Below the pieces are notes generated by a model. The model was not told where the DNA came from. It did not search any database and was given only the letters and a program-made list of their open reading frames with translations. Positions 11,981 to 24,416 of a stretch of DNA of 64,000 bases are shown here, piece by piece. A program made the position numbers and the translations under genes. The stretch's first letter is position 1, and the number at the start of each line of letters is the position of its first letter. Origin of the DNA: Octopus vulgaris (taxonomy: Eukaryota); contig OX597829.1 in assembly GCA_951406725.2 (NCBI GenBank), forward strand, positions 57,970,001-58,034,000, in the 5' to 3' direction.

Positions 11981-12065
11981 AGTGCCCTTAACTTAGCATC
12001 AAGTACCAGATATACCTCAGTAAAACGTGCTCCCCAGTGTTTTAACAATGGAAAAAGATACTTAC

Positions 12066-12179
12066 GGTGACTTTTTCAACTTGTAATGTTGGTACCGAGT
12101 CCCGTAGACTGTTAAAGCTTTCTTTAATATGGTCTCTGCGTTTTCTTTCTAAAGCATTATGGTGTGCCCTTTTTTCAGC
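12066..12179 (-). CDS. Max: Max exon encoding the basic region, helix 1 and loop ([38 protein letters not shown])
   Basis: Acceptor tttatttacag and donor gtaagt. 114 nt, phase 0 to 0. Near-identical to the MAX basic region [22 protein letters not shown]. Confidence 0.97.
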
Positions 12180-12539
12180 CTGTAAATAAACAAAAATATA
12201 GTTTAGGGCATAGCCTGCAAAAATAAGAAATAACTGGGCGAAGTTCAGAGAGCTACAACCTCTAATAGCAACTAAGGACCATGGAGTCTTCTCCCTAGCG
12301 CAGTATGTCAGATGCTAACCATGTTTTTAAGAAGATGAGTCAAAAAATAATGCCATTTTGTTTAGGACAGGTATAATTGCCAACACAGGAACATGTATCA
12401 TACATCAAAATGAAGCTGGTCCTCTGTGGATCACATCCCTACTTCTCAACATAGTCACCGTTTCTCTCAATAGCAATGTTCCACCTTCAAATGAGAGCAT
12501 GTACGAGGGTGAGTCAAAAAGTGTCTGGACCGGGTGAAT

Positions 12540-12830
12540 TTTCCCAGTGGTTAGGACTCGCAGTCGGAGGATCACGGTTTCAATTCCCAGATCGAGCGTT
12601 GTGTGTGTTTATTGAGCGAAAACACCTAAAGCGCCACGAGGCTCTGGCAGGAGGTGGTGGCGACCCCTGTTGTACTCTTTTACCCCAACTTTCTCTCACT
12701 CTCTCTTCCTGTTTCTTGAGTAACACTGCGATGGACTGGCGTCCCGTCCAGCTGAGGGTGGGGGGACATACGCCACAGAAACCGGGCCAATGAGCCTGGC
12801 TAGGCTTGAAAAGGGCGCATAAGTAAATAA
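12540..12830 (+). mobile_element. tRNA-derived SINE family 3 (V-domain-like)
   Basis: tRNA-like head 'CCCAGTGGTTAGG...GGTTTCAATTCCCAGA' and 'GATGGACTGGCGTCCCGTCCAG' motif. Full reverse copy at about 61450-61738. Confidence 0.75.
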
Positions 12831-13290
12831 ATCAATAGACAAAAGAGGGGGGGTAATGATATCTGAAATAAAAATGGTGGTGATATTAATATAGGCGTAA
12901 GAGTGGCTCTGTGGTAAGTAGCTTGTTTACCAACCGCATGGTTCCGGGTTCAGACCCACTGTGTGACACCTTGGGCAAGTGTCTTTTACTCTAGCCTCAG
13001 GTCGACCAAAGCCTTGTGAGAGAATCTGCTAGACGGAAACTGAAAGAAGCCCGTCGTATATATGTGTGTGTGTTTGTGTCTCCAACATCGCTTGACGACC
13101 GATGCTGGTGTGTTACGTCCCCGTCACTTAGTAGTTCGTCAAAAGAGACCGATAGAATAAGTACTAGGCTTACAAAGAATGAGGGTCGATTTGCTCGATT
13201 TAAAAGCGGTGCTCCAGCATGGCCGCAGTCAAATGACTGAAACAAGTAAAAGAGTAAAGAGTTATATATTGAAGGACGTTCTATACTTAC

Positions 13291-13329
13291 ATCACTTTCT
13301 ATGTCGACATCACGATCTTCATCACTCAT
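13291..13329 (-). CDS. Max: Max first coding exon (MSDEDRDVDIESD)
   Basis: ATG at 13329 in a good context (aaaATGA), donor gtaagt. The acidic N-terminus matches MAX MSDNDDIEVESD and fly MSDDDRDIDIESD. Confidence 0.93.
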
Positions 13330-14579
13330 TTTGCCCCGTTTGGTAAAACTGGCCCCTAAAAAAGGGACACCCTGGGACAAAGTGTATATCTTACACACCA
13401 AAACCCTGTTCAAATGGGTCCCAAACCTTAATAAGGGACGATTTCGTCCTCCTTCAACGCTTTCTTTAAATGTCCAATATTTCAGGTTTCGATTTCAAAT
13501 CCTGGCGTCCCAACGGGTGTATATAGTCATACACAACGTGTCCATAGAATATGATAGGGTAGATAACAATGTGTCGATGGATGAACAGTTACAATAGTCA
13601 AAGGGTGAGGTTTGGGGTTCAAATCCAAGCGTCCTGGCGAGTATGTATCATCATATATAACGTAAATCCGTAGATTGACTGGATATGTGTGTGTGTGTGT
13701 ATGGTGTATATATATATAATATATATACAGTATATAAGAATGATGTGTTGAAGAAGTAGTTCGAGAGAATATTCAAAACTTGAGGTTTGGGTTTCGAATC
13801 CAAGTGTCCCGACGTGTGTATATTATATCCGTAACGTGCGTCCGTAGAATGAGGGTATATATATATATATTTGTGTATATAATGTGTCGTTGGAGGATGT
13901 TAAAAGACGGAGATATGTCGCTTGTGTTGTTTGGTGGCCACGTCTTCCTTGGAGTATATTGTTGATTGATCTACTCGGATCCGTGGTGATGAGACATGCT
14001 TCTCTCGTTGTTCCTTCTTTCAGCAGTGAAGGCCACAGGTTGAGTAATAATGGCAATATAGAATGAATTATGTGTGTATAAATATATATATATGTGTGTA
14101 TACACGTATATATACAGAGGTGTATATAGATATATATATAGATAGATAGGGATCGAAGATGGTTTGTGTGTGGTGGACGTCACCAACGAGGAAATAGAAG
14201 GGTTTGGCGCTGCGGGCACCTGGCTACATCAACGTGAGGATGAGATCAATGGATGAGGAAGATAGGAGAAATGATGCTGTTACCATCGCTCCGCCATTGC
14301 TGTGAAAGATAGTAGCAGGGAGGAGTGGCGGTGGGAGTGAGGCGTTGGACCGTGGTGGGAGTAGGACGTTTCGGCGGCGGTGGGAGTAATACGCTGAACG
14401 GTGGTAGGAGTGGGCGGAGTAGGGGAAGTTGGGAGACGGAAGAGTTGTCGGACTTGGCTGCGGCGGCGCACCGGAAGAAGTATACATGCACGTGATTGTG
14501 AAAGTATATATACACACAGACGCAGTTTTGTACAAGTAGAGTAAGACGGAACAATAATAGACGGGACTGTTATGTGGAT

Positions 14580-16165
14580 GGATGTATATATGTGTGTTTA
14601 GATGTATGTATATATATATGTGTGTTTAGATGTATGTATATATATATATATGTGTGTGTATATAATATAAAATAAATAATAATGAAATTATTGTATACAG
14701 TGCTCAGGTGCACCACAACAGATATATATATATAAGTAGGTGAATGTATTATCCTATGGTTATCGTTCGACTCCATTCTTTCATTTATTCATATATATAC
14801 ACAGGTAGAGGAGGATAGAATAATAGACAGGGGACTGTTATGTGGATGGATGTATATATATATATGTATGTATTTAGATGTATATATGTGTAGGGGTGGG
14901 GTATATATATATATGTGTGTGTGTAGATGTATGCGTGGGTATATATATATATATATGTGTGTGTGCGGTGTGCATGTATATATATGTGTGTGTGTGAGTG
15001 TATATATATATATATGTGAGTATGTATGTAGATAGATGTATATATGTGTGTGTGTAGTTAGATATATATATGAGTGTGTGGGGAGTATATATATATATAT
15101 GTAGTTAGATATGTGTGTGGTTGGGGTATATATATATATATTAGATGTGTGTGTGGGTGTATATATATATATATATATATAAATTAGAAAAAAAACACTT
15201 TTTATCAATTCAATACTGAAAAACTAAATTATACCATTTAGAAAAATTACATATTATAAAAAGATTAAATATAAGATAAAACATATAACAATGATCAAGT
15301 AATGTGCAAAATAATACATAAATAAAACGTATAAATTTGGTAGAATATATAAATATATATATGTGTGTGTGTAGATAGATGCATATATGTTTGGGTGTAT
15401 ATATATATGTATATATATATATATATATATGTATGTATATATGTGTGTGGGTGTATATATATACATATATATATATACGTAGTTAGATGTATATATGTGT
15501 GGGTATATATATATATATATGTGTGTGTGTGTAAGTAGATGTGTATATGTGTGTGTGGAGAGTATATATATGTGTAGTTAGATGTATGTGTGTGAGTGTA
15601 TATATATATAGATGTATAATTGTGTGGGTGTATATATATATGTAGTTAGATGTATGTTTGTGAGTGTATATATATGTATGTATGTAGATAGATGTATATA
15701 TATGTGTGGGGTGTGTATATATACATATGTGTGTGTGTGTGTAGTTAGATGTAAATAAATGTATGAGGATGCATGTGTATATATATATGTATTATTTATA
15801 TTATACATATATGTGTGGGTGCATATATGTATGCATATATATATATATGTAGTTAAATGCATGTATGTGTGTGTGCATGGAAAGCGGACGTTAAGCGATG
15901 ATGATGATGATAAATATATATATATATACAAATACATTCACATACGCACACACACCATACACATATGCATACATACATACACACATACACACCATACTGA
16001 TATACATATATCATCATCATCATCATCGTTTAACGTCCGTTCTCCATGCTAGCATGGGTTATATACATATCTATATACATACATATACATACAAACATAC
16101 ACACACACACCACATACTCCACACACATACACGTACATACATACATATATAGCCACACACACACA
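14580..16165. repeat. Extended (TA)n/(TG)n/(CA)n low-complexity tract
   Basis: Direct inspection. Gives rise to YI/HT-rich spurious ORFs. Confidence 0.9.
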
Positions 16166-16552
16166 CACCCACAAACAACCAACTCACAGCCATAGAAAAG
16201 GTTGCCAGGCACAGCGACCATTTTAAGCAAATAAAAATAAGGCATAAATGGAAATTAAACCTGTGTGTGTGTCAAATTATAAGACCCCCACCAAAAAAAA
16301 ATAACTGTTCCCAGACACAACAATATAATTTTGATAAATGGGGAAAAGAGACGTGTCCCCGTACGAGCACAAGACAAACCCTGATACTAAAATATGAATC
16401 TGGGGCTGCATTACCCTAAGAATTATGATTTGCAATATTTGTATTTTGTTTGTTGTCTTAATAAATGTAATTTTAAATAGGGGCCATTTGGGTGGGGAGG
16501 CGGGGTATTTACTGCGGTGCTAGTCCCGGTTTCCATTTAGGGCTTATAGAAG

Positions 16553-17345
16553 GTGGCGAGCTGGCTGAGACGTTAGCACGCTGGATGAAATACTTAATGT
16601 TGTTTCGTCTGCATTTTCGATCTGAGTTCAAATTCTGTCATGGTCAACTGTGCCTTTTGTACTGGGTCAATGTAATCGATTTAATCCCTTTGTCTGTCCT
16701 TGTTTAGCTCCTTGTGGGCAATAAAGAAATAAGAAGCGTTAGCATGCCAGGCAAAATGCTTAGCGGTGTTTCGTCTGCCATTATGTTCTCAGTTCAAATT
16801 TCCTCAAGGTCAACTGTGCCTTTTGTCATTTCGGGTTCGATAAATTAAGTACCAGTTACACACTGGGGATCAATATAATCGAATTAATCCGTTTGTCTGT
16901 CCTTGTTTGTCCCTCTATGTTTAGCCCCTTGTGGGCAATAAAGAAATAAGTAGTGATAGCACGCCGGGCAAAATGCTTAGCAGTATTTCATCTGCCGTTA
17001 CGTTCTGAGTTCCAATTCCACTGAGGTCGACTGTGCCTTTGTCGTTTCGGTGTCGATAAATTAAGTACCAGTTACGCACTGGGATCAATCTAATCAACTT
17101 AATCCCTTTGTCTGTCCTTTTACATCCCCTCTATGTTTAGCCCCTTGTGGGCAATAAAGAAATAAGAAACATTAGCACGCCGAGTGAAATGCTTAGCAGT
17201 ATTTCATCTGCCATTACATTCTGAGTTCAAATTCCGCTGAGGTTGTCTTTGCCATTCATCCTTTTGGGGTCAATAAATTAAATACCAGTTGCGTACTGGA
17301 GTCGATCTAATCGACTAGCCCCTTCTCCAAAATTTCAGACCCTGC
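16553..17345 (+). mobile_element. Four head-to-tail copies of SINE family 2
   Basis: Units of about 200-215 bp starting near 16553, 16735, 16955 and 17168, each separated by 'GGCAATAAAGAAATAAG'. Confidence 0.85.
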
Positions 17346-17591
17346 TCCTTGATTAATTATGTATCCATTAACAACTTCGATACAGCACATTTAATGATCA
17401 ATTAAAAATTGTTACACTTTACGATCGACAAACACCCAACTTTAAGTTTTAAAAATTGTAAACTATCTGAGCATTCGAAGACAACCCTTCGTTAAGTTCT
17501 TTTTAAATTTAAAAACTGTGTGTGCATGTATAAATGTGTGTATATATGTATATATATATTTTTTATATTAAGGGTATTACTGTACATAAAA

Positions 17592-17674
17592 GCCTCACGC
17601 TACGAGGGACTCTTAAAGTCAAAACTACCATATTATGGTAGTGTTGACTTTAAGAGTCCCTTGTAGCGTAAAGC
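17592..17674. repeat. Long palindrome (41-bp arms, 37/41 matched, 1-nt spacer)
   Basis: GCCTCACGCTACGAGGGACTCTTAAAGTCAAAACTACCATA-T-TATGGTAGTGTTGACTTTAAGAGTCCCTTGTAGCGTAAAGC. Homologous copy at 58369-58445. Confidence 0.9.
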
Positions 17675-17984
17675 CATTAATATAGATAAATATATTTGAT
17701 TAGAATAATTTATAATTTTTCCCTTACATGCTAGCTACTTGATAAATTTTTATAAAGATTCTAGGCAAGACTTCTGCCCATCCACCCCTCAAAACCAGCC
17801 TTTTGAAAAAAAAACCATAATTTTCGACACAAAACCCCACTTTTTGGCTACAGGGAATACGAATCTGCAAAAAAAATGGTTTTTAGGGTTAGTGTTGGGG
17901 GGAAAATGTCAAAATTGAAGACATTGGGGGCAAAAGATGGGGGATAAAATTTCACAATGTCAATTTTTGGCAATTTTCCGGAAC

Positions 17985-18410
17985 CAGACTCTGTTTAAAG
18001 GTGATGGGATCCTTTTCCTCTTTGATCTCTTTTGAGACAATGTTAAACAGAGCAGGGCCTGTTGAGGAAAAGAAATTATGTCGCAATGTACCTATATGCT
18101 GTGATCTTGAATTATGCAGGGGACATATGGCCCATGGTCCCAGCCTTGGATGAACCTTGAAACTAATGCTCAGGTCATTTGGGCAATGCTGGCGGTATAT
18201 TCTCCACATCGTACAAATGATATACCGCTCACGGCGACACTGGAGAGAGTAAAGCTACAAGGCTTTAAGGTGGTCCCAGTAATCGAGATCAGCCATACCC
18301 TTAATTCATTTAGTGAATGCTCTCTGGGGTGATTCAATTTTTTGAGATGTTTAGTTTTGTATGGGGTGACCACAGGGGAAGGCAGTATTTGAGGTGTGGT
18401 CATACAAAGC
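17985..18410 (-). mobile_element. CR1/Jockey-group LINE ORF2 3' fragment
   Basis: Minus-strand peptide 'YWDHLKAL*LYSLQCRRERYIICTMWRIY...NFFSSTGPALFN...FKQSL' is typical of CR1-like C-termini. Confidence 0.65.
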
Positions 18411-18719
18411 ATATATATATAAGACTTCCACCCACCCCCACCCCAACCATTTTTTCCAAAATTTGTTGATTTAAAAAATTTTTCCGTCCCCCTTACTCCC
18501 ATTTTCTCCCGATTTTTTGTTTATTTAAAAAACTTTTTTGCCCAAAATCCCCGTTTTCATATCCGAGGGTCCCGGAAAATTGCCAAAAAGGCAATCCTTT
18601 GATGTACATCGAGAAATATCTTAATGTTTGACTTCGGGTATTTCCGTGCCAAACAGCATTGTGAAATTTTCTCCCCACTTTTCCCCCGCCAACTTCTTCA
18701 ATTGTAAAATTTTTCTCCA

Positions 18720-20215
18720 ACACTAACCCTAAAACTCTAACGCTAACCCTAAAACCCTAACACTCACCCTAACCCTAAAACTCTAACACTAACACTAAAA
18801 TCCTAACCCTAACCTTAAAACCCTAACCCTAAAACCATAACTCTAACACCCTAACCCTAAAATCCTACCCTAAACCTAGCTCTAAAACCTTAAGCCTAAC
18901 CCTAAAACCCTAGCTCTAAAACCTTAAGCCTAACCCTAAAATCCTAACTCTAAAACCCTATCCCTAAAATCCTAACTCTAAAACCCTATTCCTAAACCTA
19001 ACCCAAAAAACCTAACCCTAAAACTAACTCTTAAACGGTAACTCTAAAACCCTAACCCTAAAACCCTAACCCTAAAACCCTTACCCTAAAACCTTAACCC
19101 CAACCCTAATATCCCTAATACTAACCTTAACCATACCCTAAAACCCAAACTCTAAAACCCTAACCATAAACCTAACCCTAAAACCCTAACTCTAAAACCC
19201 TCACCCTAAACCTAACTCTAAAACACAAACCGTAACCTAACCCTAAAATCCTACCCTAACTCTAAAACCCAAACACAAACCCTAAAACCCTAACACTAAC
19301 ACTAAAATCCTAACCCTAAAATCCCTAACACTAACCCCAACCATACCCTACAACCCTAATGCTAAACCCTAACCATAAGCTTAACCCTAAAACCCTAACT
19401 CTAATCCTAAAACACTAATCCTAACCCTAAAACCCTAACACTAACCGTAACCGTAAAACCCTAACTCAAAAACCCGAACCCTAGGCCTAATCCCAAAACC
19501 CTAACCCTAAACCTACTCTAAAACCCTAAAGCTAAAGCCCTAGCCCTAAAATATCAAGCCTAAAACCTTAACCCTAAAACCCTAACCCTAAAACCCTAAC
19601 CCTAACTCTAAAACCCAAGCCCTAATCCTAAAACCCTAGCCCTAACCCCAACACTAAAACACTTACACTAAAATCCCAACCCTAAACCTAACTCTAAAAC
19701 CCTAACCCTAAGACCCTAACTCTAAAACCCAAGCCCTAATCCTAAAACCCAAACCATAACCCTAACCCTAACCCAAAAACCCTAACTCTAAAACCCTAAC
19801 CCTAAACCTAACCCTAAAACCCTAACCCTAAACCTAACTCTAAAACCCTAACCCTAAAACCCTAACCCCAATACTAAAACCCTAACCCTAAAATCCCAAC
19901 CCTAAACCTAACCTTAAAACCCTAACCCTAACACTAAAACCCTAACCCTAAAATCCTAAACCTAACTCTAAAACCCTAAATCTAAAACTCTAACCTTAAC
20001 ACTAAATCTTTAACCCTGACATTCACCCTAACCCAAAAACCCTAAACCTAACTCTAAAACCCTAACCCTAAAACCCTAACCCTAAAACCCTAACCCTAAA
20101 GCCCTAACCTTAACACTAATCCTAAAACCCTAACCCTAAACCTAAACCTAACCCTAAAACCCTAACCCGAAAATCCTAACCCTAAAACCCTAACTCTAAA
20201 ACCCTAACTCTAACT
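18720..20215 (-). repeat. Interstitial telomere-like array, C-rich on + (CCCTAA mixed with CCCTAAAA/CTCTAAAA)
   Basis: About 1.5 kb of degenerate alternating 6- and 8-nt units. Confidence 0.95.
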
Positions 20216-20321
20216 CAAAAAGGCATTCCTTCGATGTAAATCGGGAAAATCGTAATATTTGACTTCAGGTATTTCCGTGAAAAACGAAAGTTGCCGAAGT
20301 GGGACGAGGAGAAGAAAGCTA

Positions 20322-20582
20322 ATGTCTCTGTGTCTGTGTGTTTGTCCTTGCTCTTGTTTGTGTCTGTGTGTTCGTGCTTTGTCTGTGTCTGTGTGTTCAT
20401 CCTTCCTCTGGTGTGTGTCTGTGTATTCATTCTTGCTCTTGTCTGGGTCTGTGTGTTCGTTCTTGCTCTTGTCTGTGTGTTCATGCTTGCTTTTATCCGT
20501 GTGTGTGTGTGTGCGTCCTTGTTCTTATCCATGTGTGTGTGTGTGTGTCCGTGCGTGTTCTTATCTCTGTGTGTGCGTGCTT
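20322..20582 (+). repeat. ~30-bp TG/TC-rich minisatellite
   Basis: '(T)GTCTGTGTCTGTGTGTTC(G/A)T(C/T)CTTGCTCTT' units. Related to 58486-58855. Confidence 0.75.
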
Positions 20583-20921
20583 ATTCGGCAAGACTTCCGC
20601 CCGTTCCACCGCCGCAAAAACCCACCCTTTTAAAATAATTTGTTTTTTCGACACAAACCCCACCCCTTTTCAACTTCAGGGAATACGAATCTGCAAAAAC
20701 AATAGACAAAAATCGACAATTTTTTAATTCCCACCCACCTCACCCCGACCTCCATTTTTAGCGTTTTTCAGAAAAATACGGAGATTATGATTCTCTAAAT
20801 CGAGAAAAATCAAGAAAAATTGTAATATTTGACTTCAAGTATTTCCGTGCCAAACGGCATTGTGAAATTTTCTCACGCCCCTTTTCTCCCATCAAATTCT
20901 TCAATTGTAACTTTTTTCCCA

Positions 20922-21315
20922 AACACTAACCCTAATCATAACACTAAAAACCTAATCCTAACACTAAAACCCTGACACTAAAACGCTAACCTTAACCCTA
21001 AAACCTTGACCTTAAAACCCTAACTCTAACACTAACCCTAAAACCCTAACCCTAAACCTAACTCTAAAATCCTAACCCTGACTCTAAAACCCTAACACTA
21101 ACCCTAACCCTAACGTTAAAGCCCTAACGTTAAAGCCCTAACCCTAACGCTAAAACACTAATCCTAACGTTAAAGTCCTAACCCTAACGCTAAAACCCTA
21201 ACCTTAACACTAACCCTAACTCTAAAACGCTAACCCTAAACCTAACTCTAAAACCCTAACCCAAAAGCCCTAAACCTAACCCTAACACTAACCCTAACCC
21301 TAAAACCTAAACCTT
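20922..21315 (-). repeat. Second C-rich telomere-like array
   Basis: CCCTAA, CACTAA and CCCTAAAA units. Confidence 0.93.
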
Positions 21316-21551
21316 GCTCGGCAAGACTTCTAGCCGTCTCTCTAAAAAAACAAGACTTTTAAAATAATTTGTTTTTTCAACACAAATACGCCCTTTTCAG
21401 CGACAGGGAATACGAATCTGCAAATAGGCAAAAACCGGCATTTTTAACTTTCCATCCCCATCTACTTCATTTATTACTTTTTTCAGAAATTTTACACCAT
21501 GTCAAATGTTATGATGTTTTCGATTTACATCGAAGGAATGCCTTTTTGGAC

Positions 21552-22310
21552 TAGAGTTAGGGTTTATGGGGTAGCGTTACGGTTTTAGGGTTAGCGTTAT
21601 AGGGTTAGGGTTTTAGAGTTGGGTTTAGTGTTAGGGTTTTAGGATTAGGGTGAGGGTTAGGGTTTTAGGGCTAGGGTTAGAGTTTTAGGGTTAGGATTAC
21701 AGTATTAGGGTTAGGGTTTTAGAGTTAGGTTAAGGGTTAGGGTTTTAGAGTTAGGATTTTAGGGTTAGGGTTTTAGGATTAGATATTTAGGATTAGGGCT
21801 TTAGTGTTAGGGTTTTAGGGTTAGGTTTAGGTTTAGGGTTTTAGGGCTAGGGTTAGGGTTTTAGGGATAGGGTTTTAGGGCTAGGTTTAGAGTTAGGGTT
21901 TCAGGGTTAGGGTTAGAGTTTTAGGATTACAGTTATAGGGTTTTAGGGTTAGGATTTTAGAGTTAGGTTTAGGGTTAGGGTTTTAGGGTTAGGGATTTAG
22001 TGTTAGGCTTTTAGGGTTAGGGTTTTAGGATTAGGGTTCTAATGTTTGGGTTTTAAAGTCATGGTTTTAGTGTTAGGTTTACGGTTAGGGCTAGGGTTTT
22101 AGGGTTAGGGTATTAGATTTAGGGTAAGGGGTAGGGTTTTAGATTGAGTGATAGGGTTAGGGTTAGCGTTTTAGGATTAGGGTTAGGGTTAGGGTTAGGG
22201 TTAGGGTTAGGGTTAGGGTATTAGATTTAGGGTTAGGGTTTTAGGATTAGGGTTAGGGATTTAGGGTTAGGGTTTTAGGATTAGGGTTAGGGGTTAGGGT
22301 TAGGGGTTAT
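21552..22310 (+). repeat. G-rich telomere-like array (TTAGGG/TTTTAGGG), including a perfect (TTAGGG)7 at 22177-22218
   Basis: Direct inspection. Opposite orientation to the two upstream arrays. Confidence 0.95.
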
Positions 22311-22424
22311 ATAGACACGGGAGTGGCACCTTGGGCAAGTGTCTTCTACTATAGCCTCAGGTGGACCAATTCCTTGTGAGTGGATTTGGTAGACGGAAAC
22401 TGAAAGAAGCCCGTCGTACATATG

Positions 22425-22461
<37 letters not shown>

Positions 22462-23089
22462 ATATGTTTGTGTCTGTGTTTGTTCCCCCAACATCACTTG
22501 ACAACTAATGCTGGTGTGTTTACATCCCCGTAACTTAGCGGTTCAGCAAAAGAGATTGATAGAATAATTACTAGGCATACAAAAAATAAGTCCTGTGGTC
22601 AATTTGCACGACTAAAGGCGGTGCTCCAGCATGGCCACAGTCACATGACTGAAACAAGTAAAAGTGGAGAAGGGTTAACAAACGAGTTACTTGACAATGA
22701 ATCTGCAATTATTTCAGGGTTTCTTTTCCCATTTTAATTCCTAATTAACACAGGAAGAAATAGTTTAACGTTGACGATCTGAGAAAAATATTTGTTCTGT
22801 TAATATTATCTTCTTAATTAGAATGTCATCCCATATTGAACCTTTTCGTGTGCAGATTATTCTGTCAAAACGAATACTTTTTGATCCACATTGTTTTGAC
22901 AGAGTCATGCGTTATCTTGCGGCAATGAGATTCTGATGAGGGGGCTGTTAATTCTTAAAAGATATTGTAGGTTTGGAGCGAGAGACCAGATCTGGCCAGT
23001 TTGAACGTAAAACAGACAGAATACTTTTGGCCAGATATGACCAGTTGAAATGCTAAATGAATAATATACATAGGTCTCTCTCTCTCTCG

Positions 23090-23256
23090 CTATCTATCTA
23101 TCTATCTATCTGTATATCTATCTGTCTATTTATCAATCTATCTCTCTATCATTGTATCTATCTATACATCTATCAATCTATCTATCTATCCATCTGTCTA
23201 TCTGTCTGTCTATCTGTCTATCTATCTATCTATCTACCTATCTATCTATCTGTCTC

Positions 23257-23323
<67 letters not shown>

Positions 23324-23342
23324 ACCTATCTATTTATCTATC
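23090..23342 (+). repeat. (TATC)n microsatellite
   Basis: Direct inspection. Confidence 0.9.
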
Positions 23343-24416
23343 TGAGATATTCATGTGTGTGTGAGTGTATCCTCATAATTTAACATCCATCTTCCATGCT
23401 GGCATGTGTTGGACAGTTGGACAGCAGATGACCACCTGAAGAGCTGTCCTCATCCACATGTATGTGAGTGTGAGAGAGGCAAGGTGGCAAGTGTGCCAGT
23501 GCATTGGTGTTGCCACATGCGTGTGTTTTTGTGTGCACATACGAGTTTCAATGTGGCCATCTATGTCTATGAGTGTGTGAGGACGTGTGTGATTGGGTGT
23601 ATATAGGTCTGCGTATATGTATGTATGTATGCATGTGTGTGTATGTGTGCATGTGTGCGTATGTGTGGCTCCAATCTGATCTGGCAGAGTTTCCACAGCT
23701 GGATGCCCTTCCTAACACCAACCACTCCGAGAGTGTAGTGGGTGCTTTTACGTGCCACCGGCACGAAGGCCAGTCAGGCAGTATTGGCAATGGCCATGCT
23801 CAAATGGTGTTTTCTACTATAACCTCGCACCAACGAAAGCCTTGTAGGTGGATTTGGTAGACGGAAATTGAAAGAAGCCCATCGTATGTATATGTATATA
23901 AAAAAATATATATATATATATATATATATATAGGTGCAGGAGTGGTTGTGTGGTAAATAACTTGCTTACCAACCACATGGTTTCGGATTCATTCCTACTG
24001 CGTGGCATCTTGGGTAAGTGTCTTCTACTATAGCCTCGGACCGACCAAAGCCTGGTGAGTGGATTTCGTAGACGGAAACTGAAAGAAGCCTGTCATATAT
24101 ATGTATATATGTGTTTGTGTGTCTGTGTTTGTACCCCTCCCCAACATCGCTTGATAACCGATGCTGGTGTGTTTGCATCTGCATAATTTAGCGGTTCGGC
24201 AAAAGATACTGATAGAATAAGTACTAGGCTTACAAAGAATAAATCCTGTAATCGATTTGCTCGACTAAAGGTGGTGATCCAGCATGGCCGCAGTCAAATG
24301 ACTGAAACAATTAAACGAGCAAAAGAGAAAAACAGTAAAAGAGTACCATTGTCCAATTAACGAGCTAATTAACTTTAATTTTTTTAATTACAACTGAAAA
24401 TCAAGTATAACCAAGC

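Noticed and set aside
12997-13413. 138-aa ORF taken as the whole Max N-terminus
   Set aside because: Only MSDEDRDVDIESD is exonic. The remainder reads through the donor into a SINE.
18720-22310. Ancient telomere-telomere fusion site or true chromosome end
   Set aside because: A fusion would read TTAGGG then CCCTAA, but the order here is the opposite. The arrays are degenerate, flanked by genes, and share modules with a dispersed copy at 60.7 kb.
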